IMG/VR virus record: IMGVR_UViG_3300047476_001238 | Coordinates: 79,712-137,196 of that record | Direction: 5' to 3' (one strand) | DNA length: 57,485 nt | Source: a virus | Taxonomy: Duplodnaviria; Heunggongvirae; Uroviricota; Caudoviricetes | Shown here: positions 9,070-18,175 of the stretch, piece by piece | Position numbering within the stretch: the first letter of the stretch is position 1 | Layout of the letters: each line of letters starts with the position of its first letter | Made by a program: the position numbers and the translations under genes | Notes under the pieces: model-generated | Told to the model about the DNA's origin: nothing | What the model saw: only the letters and a program-made list of their open reading frames with translations | Databases searched by the model: none

Positions 9070-9597
9070 ATGAGCCACACTTTACTTTTAAACAAAGATT
9101 ATACACCAATTAGCGTACTTCCGCTAAGTGTTATCCATTGGCAACATGCTGTTAAGCTTATGTTTTTGGGACGTATTCAGGTTATCGAAACTTACCCAGA
9201 CTGGATGATCCACAGCGAAAAACTATCTATTAATGTACCCAGTGTGGCTATTACTCGAGAGTACTTTAATTTCAAACGCAAAGTAAACTTTACTCGACAT
9301 AATATGTACTTGCGTGATTTGTACCAGTGCCAATACTGCGAAGATACGTTCGACTTTAAGGACTTAACCATCGACCATGTTATTCCTGTAAGCCACGGTG
9401 GCGGTACTACGTGGGAAAATTGTGTGACTAGTTGCAAACCTTGCAACTTTAAAAAAGCAGATAAGTTAATGCGTCCTATACGCAAGCCGTATCGCCCGGA
9501 TTATTGGGCATTGGCTGCTGCTTGGAAGAACAGTCCGTTTAGAGTTAAGGATCCTAAGTGGAATCAGTATTTGGGTAGAGATGCAGAAGCTGCTTAA
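9070..9597 (+). CDS. HNH endonuclease (McrA/HNH_5-like)
   Basis: RDLYQCQYC...TIDHVIPVSHGG...WENCVTSCKPCN. Confidence 0.9.
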   Translation: MSHTLLLNKDYTPISVLPLSVIHWQHAVKLMFLGRIQVIETYPDWMIHSEKLSINVPSVAITREYFNFKRKVNFTRHNMYLRDLYQCQYCEDTFDFKDLTIDHVIPVSHGGGTTWENCVTSCKPCNFKKADKLMRPIRKPYRPDYWALAAAWKNSPFRVKDPKWNQYLGRDAEAA

Positions 9598-9803
9598 ATG
9601 GGCCGTTCGCCTGTTAGATAAGGCTTACTGAACCACAATTTAAACCACTCTTCAGTCCCAGGGCGAATATCATGTCGTTTCATGAGTTCGCCTTTTTCAT
9701 TTCCTGTGACTGATATGTTGCTACCAGCAAAGCCTTTGTATTCCTGCATTACTGCACGATTACCAATGCCTGCAAGTACCTTTAGTTGTTCAATATCGTT
9801 CAT
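9594..9803 (-). CDS. Small hypothetical protein carrying the LAG motif
   Basis: 69 aa, MNDIEQLKVLAGI; overlaps the upstream micro-ORF by 14 nt. Confidence 0.65.
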   Translation of the reverse strand: MNDIEQLKVLAGIGNRAVMQEYKGFAGSNISVTGNEKGELMKRHDIRPGTEEWFKLWFSKPYLTGERPI

Positions 9804-9939
9804 TGTGTTCTTCTAATTCTTCTGCCATAGTAAACAAAAATAAGAAGCCGGCAGTAGATAAAAAAATTCCTATCGCATCGCCCCTGCTAATAGCAAAAGT
9901 TGTTAAAAACCAAAAAAATAAAAAAATAATTGTTTTCAT
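9790..9939 (-). CDS. 49-aa predicted membrane protein (not in the ORF track)
   Basis: MKTIIFLFFWFLTTFAISRGDAIGIFLSTAGFLFLFTMAEELEEHNERY; ATGA overlap with the upstream ORF; two hydrophobic segments and an acidic tail. Confidence 0.6.
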   Translation of the reverse strand: MKTIIFLFFWFLTTFAISRGDAIGIFLSTAGFLFLFTMAEELEEHNERY

Positions 9940-10103
9940 GGTGTTAATTGTTTTGCCGAACAATAGGCCTTAATTTTATCTTCTCTGTGATACGTTATAA
10001 CAGATATCACTTCTTCGCATTGGGCGAGCGTAGGATAAGAATTCCAGGCACGCCATTGTCCATCATCAGCAACCAAAACCATTAAAACAAAAACGTACTT
10101 CAT
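9936..10103 (-). CDS. 55-aa hypothetical protein with hydrophobic N-terminus (not in the ORF track)
   Basis: MKYVFVLMVLVADDGQWRAWNSYPTLAQCEEVISVITYHREDKIKAYCSAKQLTP; TGATG coupling upstream, ATGA downstream. Confidence 0.6.
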   Translation of the reverse strand: MKYVFVLMVLVADDGQWRAWNSYPTLAQCEEVISVITYHREDKIKAYCSAKQLTP

Positions 10104-10165
10104 CAGTGTTCGCCATATGGCACCACCGGAAGATCATTTTCTGAATCTTGGTTTTCGTTGCCCAT
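10103..10165 (-). CDS. 20-aa acidic micro-ORF (not in the ORF track)
   Basis: MGNENQDSENDLPVVPYGEH; start overlaps the nuclease stop (TAATG) and stop overlaps the next start (TGATG). Confidence 0.45.
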   Translation of the reverse strand: MGNENQDSENDLPVVPYGEH

Positions 10166-10599
10166 TACTGGCACCACGATTGCTTGGCTTCGCCGTAGTA
10201 TTCTCTAGCAAATCCATTGGCAATCAATTGAGCACGTAAGCTTTGTCCATCTAGTATCATGTCGCCTAGTACACGGCCACCAAACTTGTCCCAACCGTAA
10301 AGGATCACTTGACGCTTGACTGACTTGGCTACTGCATTCTTGGTAAATGCAGTTGCAGCTTCACCTCGCTGTGCTTCGCTAGCACATTGAGCACGATGTC
10401 CTTTTTCTGGTGTATCAACTCCATACACACGAACAGCCAATTCAGGCTTGAGTGGCTGTGGTAAAAATGGTGCTGCAATAACAACTGTGTCGCCGTCATT
10501 GACACGAACAATTTGTGCATCATATGTGACGCCTTGTGGTGCCTTTTGTGCAAATGCTAAAGCAGGTGCTAGTAATAGAATTGCGAATAGTTTTTTCAT
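10165..10599 (-). CDS. Thermonuclease (staphylococcal nuclease fold) with Sec signal peptide
   Basis: DGDT, RVYGVDTPE and DKFGGR catalytic motifs; MKKLFAILLLAPALAFA signal peptide. Confidence 0.9.
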   Translation of the reverse strand: MKKLFAILLLAPALAFAQKAPQGVTYDAQIVRVNDGDTVVIAAPFLPQPLKPELAVRVYGVDTPEKGHRAQCASEAQRGEAATAFTKNAVAKSVKRQVILYGWDKFGGRVLGDMILDGQSLRAQLIANGFAREYYGEAKQSWCQ

Positions 10600-10611
10600 T
10601 GATTTTTTCCT

Positions 10612-11043
10612 TTAAGATTTTGTGTAAGTTGTTACATAATTGCCGCCGGGTTTGATGTCTTTTCCTACTCCACCAAATCCAATGCCTTTATCCATTCTAA
10701 CTGTGTGTGTCTGTCCAGGAGTACCTAATGCTCCTGTTGTATCCTTGTATGCAGCAGAGACACTTGTGGTACCTCCCATTTGCCCCTTATTATAAGCCGG
10801 GGTGCTTTTTTGAGCTGAAAGATCTACACCATTTATATTTGTTTTTACTCCAACAGTTGATGCACCACCAGGATTGAAATCTCGAGTTGCTGTTAATTGC
10901 GTAGTATCATCTACATCAAGTTGTCCAGTAAATGTTTTAGTAGGTTTGTCTGCTGTAAATTTTGCATTGCCAAGATCTAAAGTGGCAGAGTCTTGTTCAT
11001 CAAGAATATCTAAATATCGTCTAAAGAATCTTGGGTCAGACAT
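10612..11043 (-). CDS. Hypothetical protein, probable internal head protein (start refined to 11043)
   Basis: MSDPRFFRRYLDILDE; TAATG coupling to the upstream gene. Confidence 0.55.
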   Translation of the reverse strand: MSDPRFFRRYLDILDEQDSATLDLGNAKFTADKPTKTFTGQLDVDDTTQLTATRDFNPGGASTVGVKTNINGVDLSAQKSTPAYNKGQMGGTTSVSAAYKDTTGALGTPGQTHTVRMDKGIGFGGVGKDIKPGGNYVTTYTKS

Positions 11044-12071
11044 TACCAACTCCTACACGACCAATAACGTGCCTTCCATCTTGGTCCCGGATTAGCGCAG
11101 TTGTGTCTTGCTCTGAAACTCTTACGACGTTTAGGGTTTGACTTTTTGATACGCATGTTAGGATCACCAAATTCAACTTTAACAATGTTGCCGTTTGGCT
11201 TTCTTACATACACTTTGGATTTCTTAACATCACCAGGCATTTTCTTGCCCAGTGGAACTGTGCGGCCTCTGTACTTTGCTTCATTGGTAGTGGCACGAAA
11301 TTGTGCCATTGGGCCTTGTCCACCTTTTTCAGTGTAGTCCATCCAAGGCTTACTTACATCCTGCTGAAACTCTTGTTCGTAGCTGTCGTCTTTCATTTTA
11401 TTGATAAGATAATCGCCGGCACCAGTTTTGGGATCTCTAGCAAAGGTGCGAGAAGTGTACTCTTGACTGAATTTTGGTTCACCTTTACTAGAATTAGAAT
11501 ATGTGGCTCTTTGATCTGCATAGGCCGATACCAGAGTTTTATTGTCTTTAGGAACCACTGGGCTTGTTGACTTATAGCTGTCAGATTTGGGATCGTACTT
11601 GTTTACACCACCGTGCTTGTCAGTCCAGCTATCTTGCCCCCACTTGAAATCATCTTCATGAACCATATAATCCTTGGGATCTTTTTTTGCTTTTGGTTCA
11701 GTTAACGGACTTGTATCAACAGGATTTCTTGTAGGCTTCTTTGGAGCAGTTGCTCCTGTATCTTTGGACATGTACTTGTTTTCAAGATCGTCATCGGCGC
11801 TTTTATCTTTGTTTACATTTGAATGTATTGGGCTTATAGTTTGAGTAGCAGGGGGCATGTTTGTTGGATTCTCTGTAATGTATCCCGCATGCGTTAAAAT
11901 TTTCATCATTGTGTCGTCTGCTTCTAATACTATTCCATCTTCAAATACATCAACAATGTATGTTTCAATCAAAGTTTCGTCTCTAGCGATTTCTAATTCA
12001 AACACATCACCTACCGCAGGATTACCTTCAGTTAATTCTGCTTCGGTTAGATAGTCACGAAAACTTTTCAT
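11043..12071 (-). CDS. Probable internal head protein with basic Cys/His C-terminal domain (start refined to 12071)
   Basis: MKSFRDYLTE resembles the T4 capsid-targeting sequence; C-terminus ...KSFRARHNC...RYWSCRSW. Confidence 0.6.
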   Translation of the reverse strand: MKSFRDYLTEAELTEGNPAVGDVFELEIARDETLIETYIVDVFEDGIVLEADDTMMKILTHAGYITENPTNMPPATQTISPIHSNVNKDKSADDDLENKYMSKDTGATAPKKPTRNPVDTSPLTEPKAKKDPKDYMVHEDDFKWGQDSWTDKHGGVNKYDPKSDSYKSTSPVVPKDNKTLVSAYADQRATYSNSSKGEPKFSQEYTSRTFARDPKTGAGDYLINKMKDDSYEQEFQQDVSKPWMDYTEKGGQGPMAQFRATTNEAKYRGRTVPLGKKMPGDVKKSKVYVRKPNGNIVKVEFGDPNMRIKKSNPKRRKSFRARHNCANPGPRWKARYWSCRSW

Positions 12072-12072
12072 A

Positions 12073-14430
12073 TCACTTGCCTTTCCACTGCTGAGGTGGT
12101 AATACTTTAATTGGCTCTCCATCTTTACCAACTACTTCGCCTTTGTCGGCTTGGAGTCTATTTAAGTGTGTATCATATCGATCATTGACTTGTTTTTCGT
12201 ACTCGGTACCTTTGTACTGCTTACGCATGGCGTCAAGATCACGTAATTGTTGACTGGTTCTTAGCTTGCTGGCCTCTGTACCTACTAGGTCACCAACAAA
12301 GTTTGAAACGTCGTCCCATCCTTCGTCAACTTCTTTTTCATCACCGCTACCAATTGTGACATGGCGTGGGCCACCAACACGATCATCCGAGGAGTGAGTT
12401 GTTAAAGGAAGTTTGGATTGATCTGGGGCGCCAGATTTTTTTGGTGGCGGAAATGTTGCACGTACTCTGCCTGTTTCTGGATCTTTTTTGATTTCAGGAT
12501 CATCTTTGTTGTCCCTAATCAAGATACTTTCCAACATGGCATCCAAATCTGCATCAAGCGTACTTTCGGCCATTGGATTGTCCCCCAACTTTGGCTTGTC
12601 TGCATATTGACGCTTTTCTCTATTTAGATCATTGCCTTGACGAATAATGCTGTCCACGGTTTGATATTCTTCTTCTGGAGTGTTTTCGTATTCTGTTTCT
12701 CTATCAGCTTCCATCATTTCTTCATCGCCGTCGGACATGACAACCATTGCTGGGCGATCGCTACTGTTCATACCTGCTAGTTTGAGCATTGATAATAGTT
12801 CGTCTGCTTTGTCGCCTTGAGCTGAGATGTTTACACTCTTTGTGCCGTTGCTGCTCATATTGGTGCTTACATTCATAGTGTCATGACTATTCATACCCAT
12901 GTCGCCGCATTCGTCTAATTTGCTTTCACTTAGTCCAGCCAAGCGAGCCAATTCACTTAAAGTATTATCCACAACTGGCTGTTCGGTCACAACAGACTCG
13001 CTCATGCTGCTGCCCATATCTGCATAGAAACGCTCCTCAACCCACTGATACGGATCACCTTCGCGACCTTTAGCAACGCCGTATGGCATTTCGCCTGTAT
13101 CAAGATAGTAATCGTACAGTGCATCGTATAGATTTTCTGCCATAAATCCATTGTTCATGAAATTTTTGACTTCATGTTTGAATCTATTAGCAATATGCTT
13201 TAGTGCATTGCCACCTTCATCTAACATAACATCTTCGTTGACTTTCTTAGGAAGGCCTTTGTGTTTGGTGCTTGCGAAATCTTTTGTGTCTTTTTTGCTC
13301 ATAGTTTTAGCTGCTTTCTTTAATTCAGGACTAGCGCCTTTGACCTTTTCACCTTTTTGCATAGCATGTACCATGCCCATAAATTTTTGTTGCTGTTTAC
13401 TAACAGCTTTTTCGTTTAATGCAAGTCCACTTAGGCGCATCATTTCTTCTAATTCCATGTTATCTTGTTCCTCTAATTCATCTTCGGCGAATTGTCCATA
13501 GCCACCAGCGGGTTTAGTAGCGGTAGTTGTAGCAGGTTCTGGGGCAGCATTCAGTGCTGCTGTGGCCGCTTGATCTGAAGTTTGTGTTGGTGCTGATTTA
13601 CTTGCCATTGCGGTAGCGGCATTATTTGTTGGCTGATTACCACCAAACATTCCTTTAACTTTGTCTCCTACTGCACTAGCAAAATCTCCAAAGCTGGCAT
13701 AGCTTTTTGTTGCTTGATTTTGTTGTCCATAAAGACCGCCAGCTTTTTGATCTGCTGCAATTTTGTCTGACGTTCTAGACACTACATTAGTGGTTCCTGC
13801 AACAGGTTGATAATCGCTTTTAGAGGCAGTAGCGGTGTTGGTCGCTGCTGGTGCAGTCTGCGGATTTACTTGTGCAACTGGCTTGTATGCACCGCTATTT
13901 ACTTGTGCTTGCAGTCTATCTCGTGCGGCAGTTGCTTCTTGATCTACGTTGGCATCTGCTGCTGGTGCTGTATTAAGTGCTGCTGTAGCAGTCTGGTCCG
14001 AGGTTTGTGTTGGTGCAGACTTACTTGCCATAGCTGCTGCGCCTCTTGTGTCAGTTGCTGGATTGTCAACTACTTCTTCGCCAGCATCTAATGATTGATC
14101 TGCTGGCACTGTTTGTGCCGCTTGATTGGTATCTGTAGCTGCAGGTTTTGCTACTCCGGCAACGTTGATATCTGTAGCAGCGCGATCTGAGATAGTTGGT
14201 GCAACAGCCGCTGTACCGGCTGGCTGCGGTTGGCTGAATTTCTTTGCTAGTGCCATGTTAGCTGCGGCTGTTCCGGCTGTAAACCCTGGACCTAGTGCTG
14301 CATCAACTTTGGCTTGATTCAATCTATCTGCTTTGTTCATGAACTGGCCGCCGCTTGTTTGTGCAAGTTTTGTCCCAGTTGCGCCTTGTGCCGGCGCTTC
14401 GAATAAGTCTATTAAGTCTCGCATGTTCAT
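12073..14430 (-). CDS. 785-aa probable internal head protein containing a DUF3008-like module
   Basis: KAVSKQQQKFMG...FASTKHKGLPKKV resembles DUF3008; three LxGL-type motifs; Ala/Thr-rich N-terminal half. Confidence 0.6.
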   Translation of the reverse strand: MNMRDLIDLFEAPAQGATGTKLAQTSGGQFMNKADRLNQAKVDAALGPGFTAGTAAANMALAKKFSQPQPAGTAAVAPTISDRAATDINVAGVAKPAATDTNQAAQTVPADQSLDAGEEVVDNPATDTRGAAAMASKSAPTQTSDQTATAALNTAPAADANVDQEATAARDRLQAQVNSGAYKPVAQVNPQTAPAATNTATASKSDYQPVAGTTNVVSRTSDKIAADQKAGGLYGQQNQATKSYASFGDFASAVGDKVKGMFGGNQPTNNAATAMASKSAPTQTSDQAATAALNAAPEPATTTATKPAGGYGQFAEDELEEQDNMELEEMMRLSGLALNEKAVSKQQQKFMGMVHAMQKGEKVKGASPELKKAAKTMSKKDTKDFASTKHKGLPKKVNEDVMLDEGGNALKHIANRFKHEVKNFMNNGFMAENLYDALYDYYLDTGEMPYGVAKGREGDPYQWVEERFYADMGSSMSESVVTEQPVVDNTLSELARLAGLSESKLDECGDMGMNSHDTMNVSTNMSSNGTKSVNISAQGDKADELLSMLKLAGMNSSDRPAMVVMSDGDEEMMEADRETEYENTPEEEYQTVDSIIRQGNDLNREKRQYADKPKLGDNPMAESTLDADLDAMLESILIRDNKDDPEIKKDPETGRVRATFPPPKKSGAPDQSKLPLTTHSSDDRVGGPRHVTIGSGDEKEVDEGWDDVSNFVGDLVGTEASKLRTSQQLRDLDAMRKQYKGTEYEKQVNDRYDTHLNRLQADKGEVVGKDGEPIKVLPPQQWKGK
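13549..14037 (-). repeat. Internal duplication of about 21 codons in the 785-aa gene (about 13972-14037 and 13549-13614)
   Basis: AMASKSAPTQTSDQTATAALN versus AMASKSAPTQTSDQAATAALN, with synonymous DNA differences. Confidence 0.85.
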
Positions 14431-14431
14431 T

Positions 14432-17400
14432 TTATTTTTTTGCCCTTCCAGCTAACCATAAAATATCTTTAAGTTCAGTATTTACCGATTCGGGAACTCG
14501 TATTGTTTCCCGATCAGCGGGCGGGCGTCGATTACCAGTAAGGGTATCAATTCCTTGATTCCATTTATCAACAAATGATTCTGGTTCTTGAGTTGATAGA
14601 TTTGGACTGATTTTTTCTAATTCTTTTCTGGCTTTTTCGTCGTCTATCTTTTTCTGTAGTTCTGCCTTGGCACGCTCAATATCTTGTTTGTCACTTGTGC
14701 CTGTTCCCCATGGCTTCCCAGTTCCAGAAACAACAGGAGTGCCGTCGGTGGAACGTAATACATCTGCGGGCTTACTACTAGCTAGACTAGCTGCAGAGGC
14801 AGAATCATCGGATGATACATCAAATCCGTGTATCCATAACTTGGCATCTCTAAGTCTTCTTTCGCGTTCCTCTGGAGATAATGCATCCATTTCTTTTCGT
14901 ATAGGATCCCACAACTCGTCGCTTTTTATTTCATCGGCGGTACGCGGTGCGGGTCTCACATCAGGATCCTGGCTTAATATTCTTTCTAGATCATCTGCAC
15001 GGCGTAATTTGGCTCTAGCACTTGCTTGGGCGTCTGCTGCTGCTTTATAACCTGCGCCAATTTTACTACCACTAGCATCTAAGTCTGCTTGTGATGGTCT
15101 GCTGACTTTTACCTTGGGAGCAACTTCATCAGCATAGTCAGTTGTGAATTGTGCTTCTTTACCAGTGACCGGATCTTTGAAAGTAAATGTTCCGCCACTG
15201 CCTTTACCAGTGTCCTGAATTTGTTTTGCTCTAGCTGCTGCAAATGCTTTTTCAAACTCTTTGCGAACATTAACTTTGGTATCTGCATCTGCCTTAGGTT
15301 CGGCATCTGCCTTTGGTTCTGACACTACCTTTGTACTTTTCTTTTCTTTCTTATCTACTGTTGCTACAGAAGCAGGTACTGCCGCAGGAGGTTCTGATTT
15401 GGCTGGAACTGTTGCTGTACTCACTCCCTTTGCAGGCTTAGCTAAGTCGGAGTCTGCTTTTGCAGATTGCGGTCCTATAGCAGGTACACTACTAGCGCGA
15501 CCAGACACAGACTGTTGCGTTGTTGTCTTTTCTGCTTTTTTGGTTGTTTTACCAGGTTCAATTACATTGCCAAAATCATCAACTGCTGGCATCTCTTTAG
15601 GTACTGGCGACGACTTTTTAGGTGTTTGTGTTTTTTCATCATTCCACCATTTTTGAAGTCTGTCGGCGATAGATCCTGGTTCTGTAGTTATAGAAATTTT
15701 AGTGTCAGTTCCTTTGTCTGAAGCTGCTTTATCCTTTGCGTAATCTTGCTTTAATTTCTCTAGCTGTTGTTTAAGTTCGCCTGTTTTCTTTCCTGCTGCT
15801 TCTGCTTGTTTAATAATGTTTTCAAGCTCTTTAACAGGATCTTTATAATTTTGTAATTGCTTATTGATTTTTGCCAATTCTGCTGCATCTGGGGCTCTTG
15901 GAGTCTTCCCGGAGCGATCGGCTTTTTCTGGCCCACCTTGATTGGATGGAAGTTCACCAGCAACTGCACTACCAATTGGTAGCATGTTAGTGATATTTTT
16001 AGCAATAGTTTTGTATCCTTTGGGATCAAGATGCAAATTCATTGGATCCTTTTTTGAGGCAGGTCCCAAATCAACTATTGGCGCTATTGTTTGTCCTTGT
16101 GTCATTGCTTGGCGCAACTGATCGCGCATTTGCTTTGTCTTGGGATTGTCAGTGGCAGTAGGTAATAAATGAACCACTTGAAGACCACGAGCTTTGGCAG
16201 CAGCAATCAGTTTGTTTACTTGACTGGTGATAACTTCTGGCTTGGCCGACGCAACATCGTTGCCTCCTCCGCTAATGGCCACAACACTACCTGGAGGAAT
16301 TTTTTCTATATTGGCCAAATGAACTTTAAACTGCTTGGGATCTAGTATACTGGCTCCACGATAGGCCATGCTTTTGTCCCACTGTTCGCCACCATAACCA
16401 GCCACACCCTGTGCTTGACTGTCGCCCACAGCATAATACCCTGGTCTTGCTGCTTTGGTGTCCCGCTTGGGTTCTGCGGTTTTTTGATCAACTCGTGCTA
16501 CTTGTGTTCCATCAATGCTGGTATCAATACCGTGAATCTGTTTAAGATCAGCAACTTGATCGTTTACCCATTTCCAACTTTTTGGTCCGTATCCTTGTTT
16601 GATTTCTGTTGCAGGTAAACTGGCCCATTGGCTTTTTAATTTTTTTACTGCATTTGTGTAGTCGCCTTTTAGTACAGAATCTAATGCACCTCGGTCGGCA
16701 ATCATTTGTATTGCAATTTTGTCTTGCGATTCCGGTCCAAAATCTTTAAGGCCTAATTTTTTAGAGTAAGGACCCCAATTGGCTCCCATAATTTGGTATT
16801 TACCGGCTGCATCACTAGGTATTGTTTTACCGCGTGATTTTAAATAAACTGTTTTGTTAGGATGCGAACTGAAGTCGTTGAATTTGCCGCCACCTACAAG
16901 TGTATTGTAATTGGTATTACCTTCTGCTCTTGCTATTAGATCCAGCATAACACGGATATTAGGATTTGTTCTAAGATCGTCTAAATCTAGTTCCTTTCGT
17001 TCCGACAGTTGAGCTTTGTAATCAAGATACTTTTCTGCTAATGTTTTTTCTTTACCCGCAGGTGCTTTGCCTTGTGGCGGCAAGTCTTTGATTGGAGATT
17101 CTGGTTCGGCTGCAGGTTTTTGAGGTGCAGGCGATGCCGGTGCCGGTTGATCTGTCGCTGGTGCAGGCGCTGGTGCTGATTGTTGCGTGTTTTGTTTATC
17201 TATAATGTCAGACAGTAATTCGCCTTCTTCGCCTTTTTTAATAATATCTTTTTCTGGTCCTCGGCGCCACCAGTCTATACCTTTTTGAACCACATCTGGT
17301 CCATAATAAAATCCGGTGCCCAGTGCCGCACCAGACCCACCCCACCGTAATCCTGTGCCTAATGCTTTTTTGCCAAACTCTTTTGCTGCACCTGTCAATG

Positions 17401-18175
17401 TTCCGCGCTCGAGTTCGCGCATCTTTAAAAGAGTGTCTAACTGTTGAGCGTGTTTGGCTGCATATTCTGGTCCCATGGCCGCTACTCTATCTGAGTAGGC
17501 CTTATCAGTCTCAAGACGTCCTCTTTTTGGTAATTCTACAGTTGTTGATGGTTCTCCGACTATTGGCGTATCGCCATCTGATTTTGGTTTCCCGCGACGA
17601 TCAATAACTTTAACTTCTTTTTCTGCTCGACGTGCTGCTTCTTCTTCTGCTCTAGCAATAGCATCGCGTTCAGCTGCGCTTAAAGGTGGCTTGGGTTCAA
17701 TACGAGGAGGAGCTTCGGGTGCACCTTTTCTAAGATTTTTAATCCAGTCCATGGCCATTGAGCCATATTTTTTAGGATTAAAAAGTATGTCTCTCAATCC
17801 GGCTTCGTCAAGCTGACCTGACTGTTCAAGACGATCTAGTTCTTCAAATCCCTCAGGTAAAAAACTAGGATCGTATTCTTGATTCTTTATTGAATCGTAA
17901 TACTCTTTACCAAGATTTACCCAGCCGCCTTTTTCTTTAGCATAATCACGCAATTGGTTTAGCGCATCAAGACCATAACTAGCCGCAGTAGCACCTCCGT
18001 GTGGTATAAAACCAATTCCAGTGGCTGCACCAGCAATGCCTGCACCAAGGTAATCGCCTTGTCCTGCTCTGATTGCAGCATCAACAAAACCAACACCCGG
18101 GGCTGACTTTTTTAAAACTTTAACAGCATCCCCTTCGTTAAGAGGCGACTGCTTGGCTATTTCATGGATTTTCAT
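14432..18175 (-). CDS. 1247-aa multidomain protein: lambda R-type lytic transglycosylase (about 16590-16970) plus SGNH hydrolase (about 15985-16440)
   Basis: MLDLIARAEG...YNTLVGG...HP...AGKYQI...LGLKDFGPESQD...WASLP parallels lambda R; GDSQ, GGND and LHL..GY SGNH blocks. Confidence 0.8.
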   Translation of the reverse strand: MKIHEIAKQSPLNEGDAVKVLKKSAPGVGFVDAAIRAGQGDYLGAGIAGAATGIGFIPHGGATAASYGLDALNQLRDYAKEKGGWVNLGKEYYDSIKNQEYDPSFLPEGFEELDRLEQSGQLDEAGLRDILFNPKKYGSMAMDWIKNLRKGAPEAPPRIEPKPPLSAAERDAIARAEEEAARRAEKEVKVIDRRGKPKSDGDTPIVGEPSTTVELPKRGRLETDKAYSDRVAAMGPEYAAKHAQQLDTLLKMRELERGTLTGAAKEFGKKALGTGLRWGGSGAALGTGFYYGPDVVQKGIDWWRRGPEKDIIKKGEEGELLSDIIDKQNTQQSAPAPAPATDQPAPASPAPQKPAAEPESPIKDLPPQGKAPAGKEKTLAEKYLDYKAQLSERKELDLDDLRTNPNIRVMLDLIARAEGNTNYNTLVGGGKFNDFSSHPNKTVYLKSRGKTIPSDAAGKYQIMGANWGPYSKKLGLKDFGPESQDKIAIQMIADRGALDSVLKGDYTNAVKKLKSQWASLPATEIKQGYGPKSWKWVNDQVADLKQIHGIDTSIDGTQVARVDQKTAEPKRDTKAARPGYYAVGDSQAQGVAGYGGEQWDKSMAYRGASILDPKQFKVHLANIEKIPPGSVVAISGGGNDVASAKPEVITSQVNKLIAAAKARGLQVVHLLPTATDNPKTKQMRDQLRQAMTQGQTIAPIVDLGPASKKDPMNLHLDPKGYKTIAKNITNMLPIGSAVAGELPSNQGGPEKADRSGKTPRAPDAAELAKINKQLQNYKDPVKELENIIKQAEAAGKKTGELKQQLEKLKQDYAKDKAASDKGTDTKISITTEPGSIADRLQKWWNDEKTQTPKKSSPVPKEMPAVDDFGNVIEPGKTTKKAEKTTTQQSVSGRASSVPAIGPQSAKADSDLAKPAKGVSTATVPAKSEPPAAVPASVATVDKKEKKSTKVVSEPKADAEPKADADTKVNVRKEFEKAFAAARAKQIQDTGKGSGGTFTFKDPVTGKEAQFTTDYADEVAPKVKVSRPSQADLDASGSKIGAGYKAAADAQASARAKLRRADDLERILSQDPDVRPAPRTADEIKSDELWDPIRKEMDALSPEERERRLRDAKLWIHGFDVSSDDSASAASLASSKPADVLRSTDGTPVVSGTGKPWGTGTSDKQDIERAKAELQKKIDDEKARKELEKISPNLSTQEPESFVDKWNQGIDTLTGNRRPPADRETIRVPESVNTELKDILWLAGRAKK

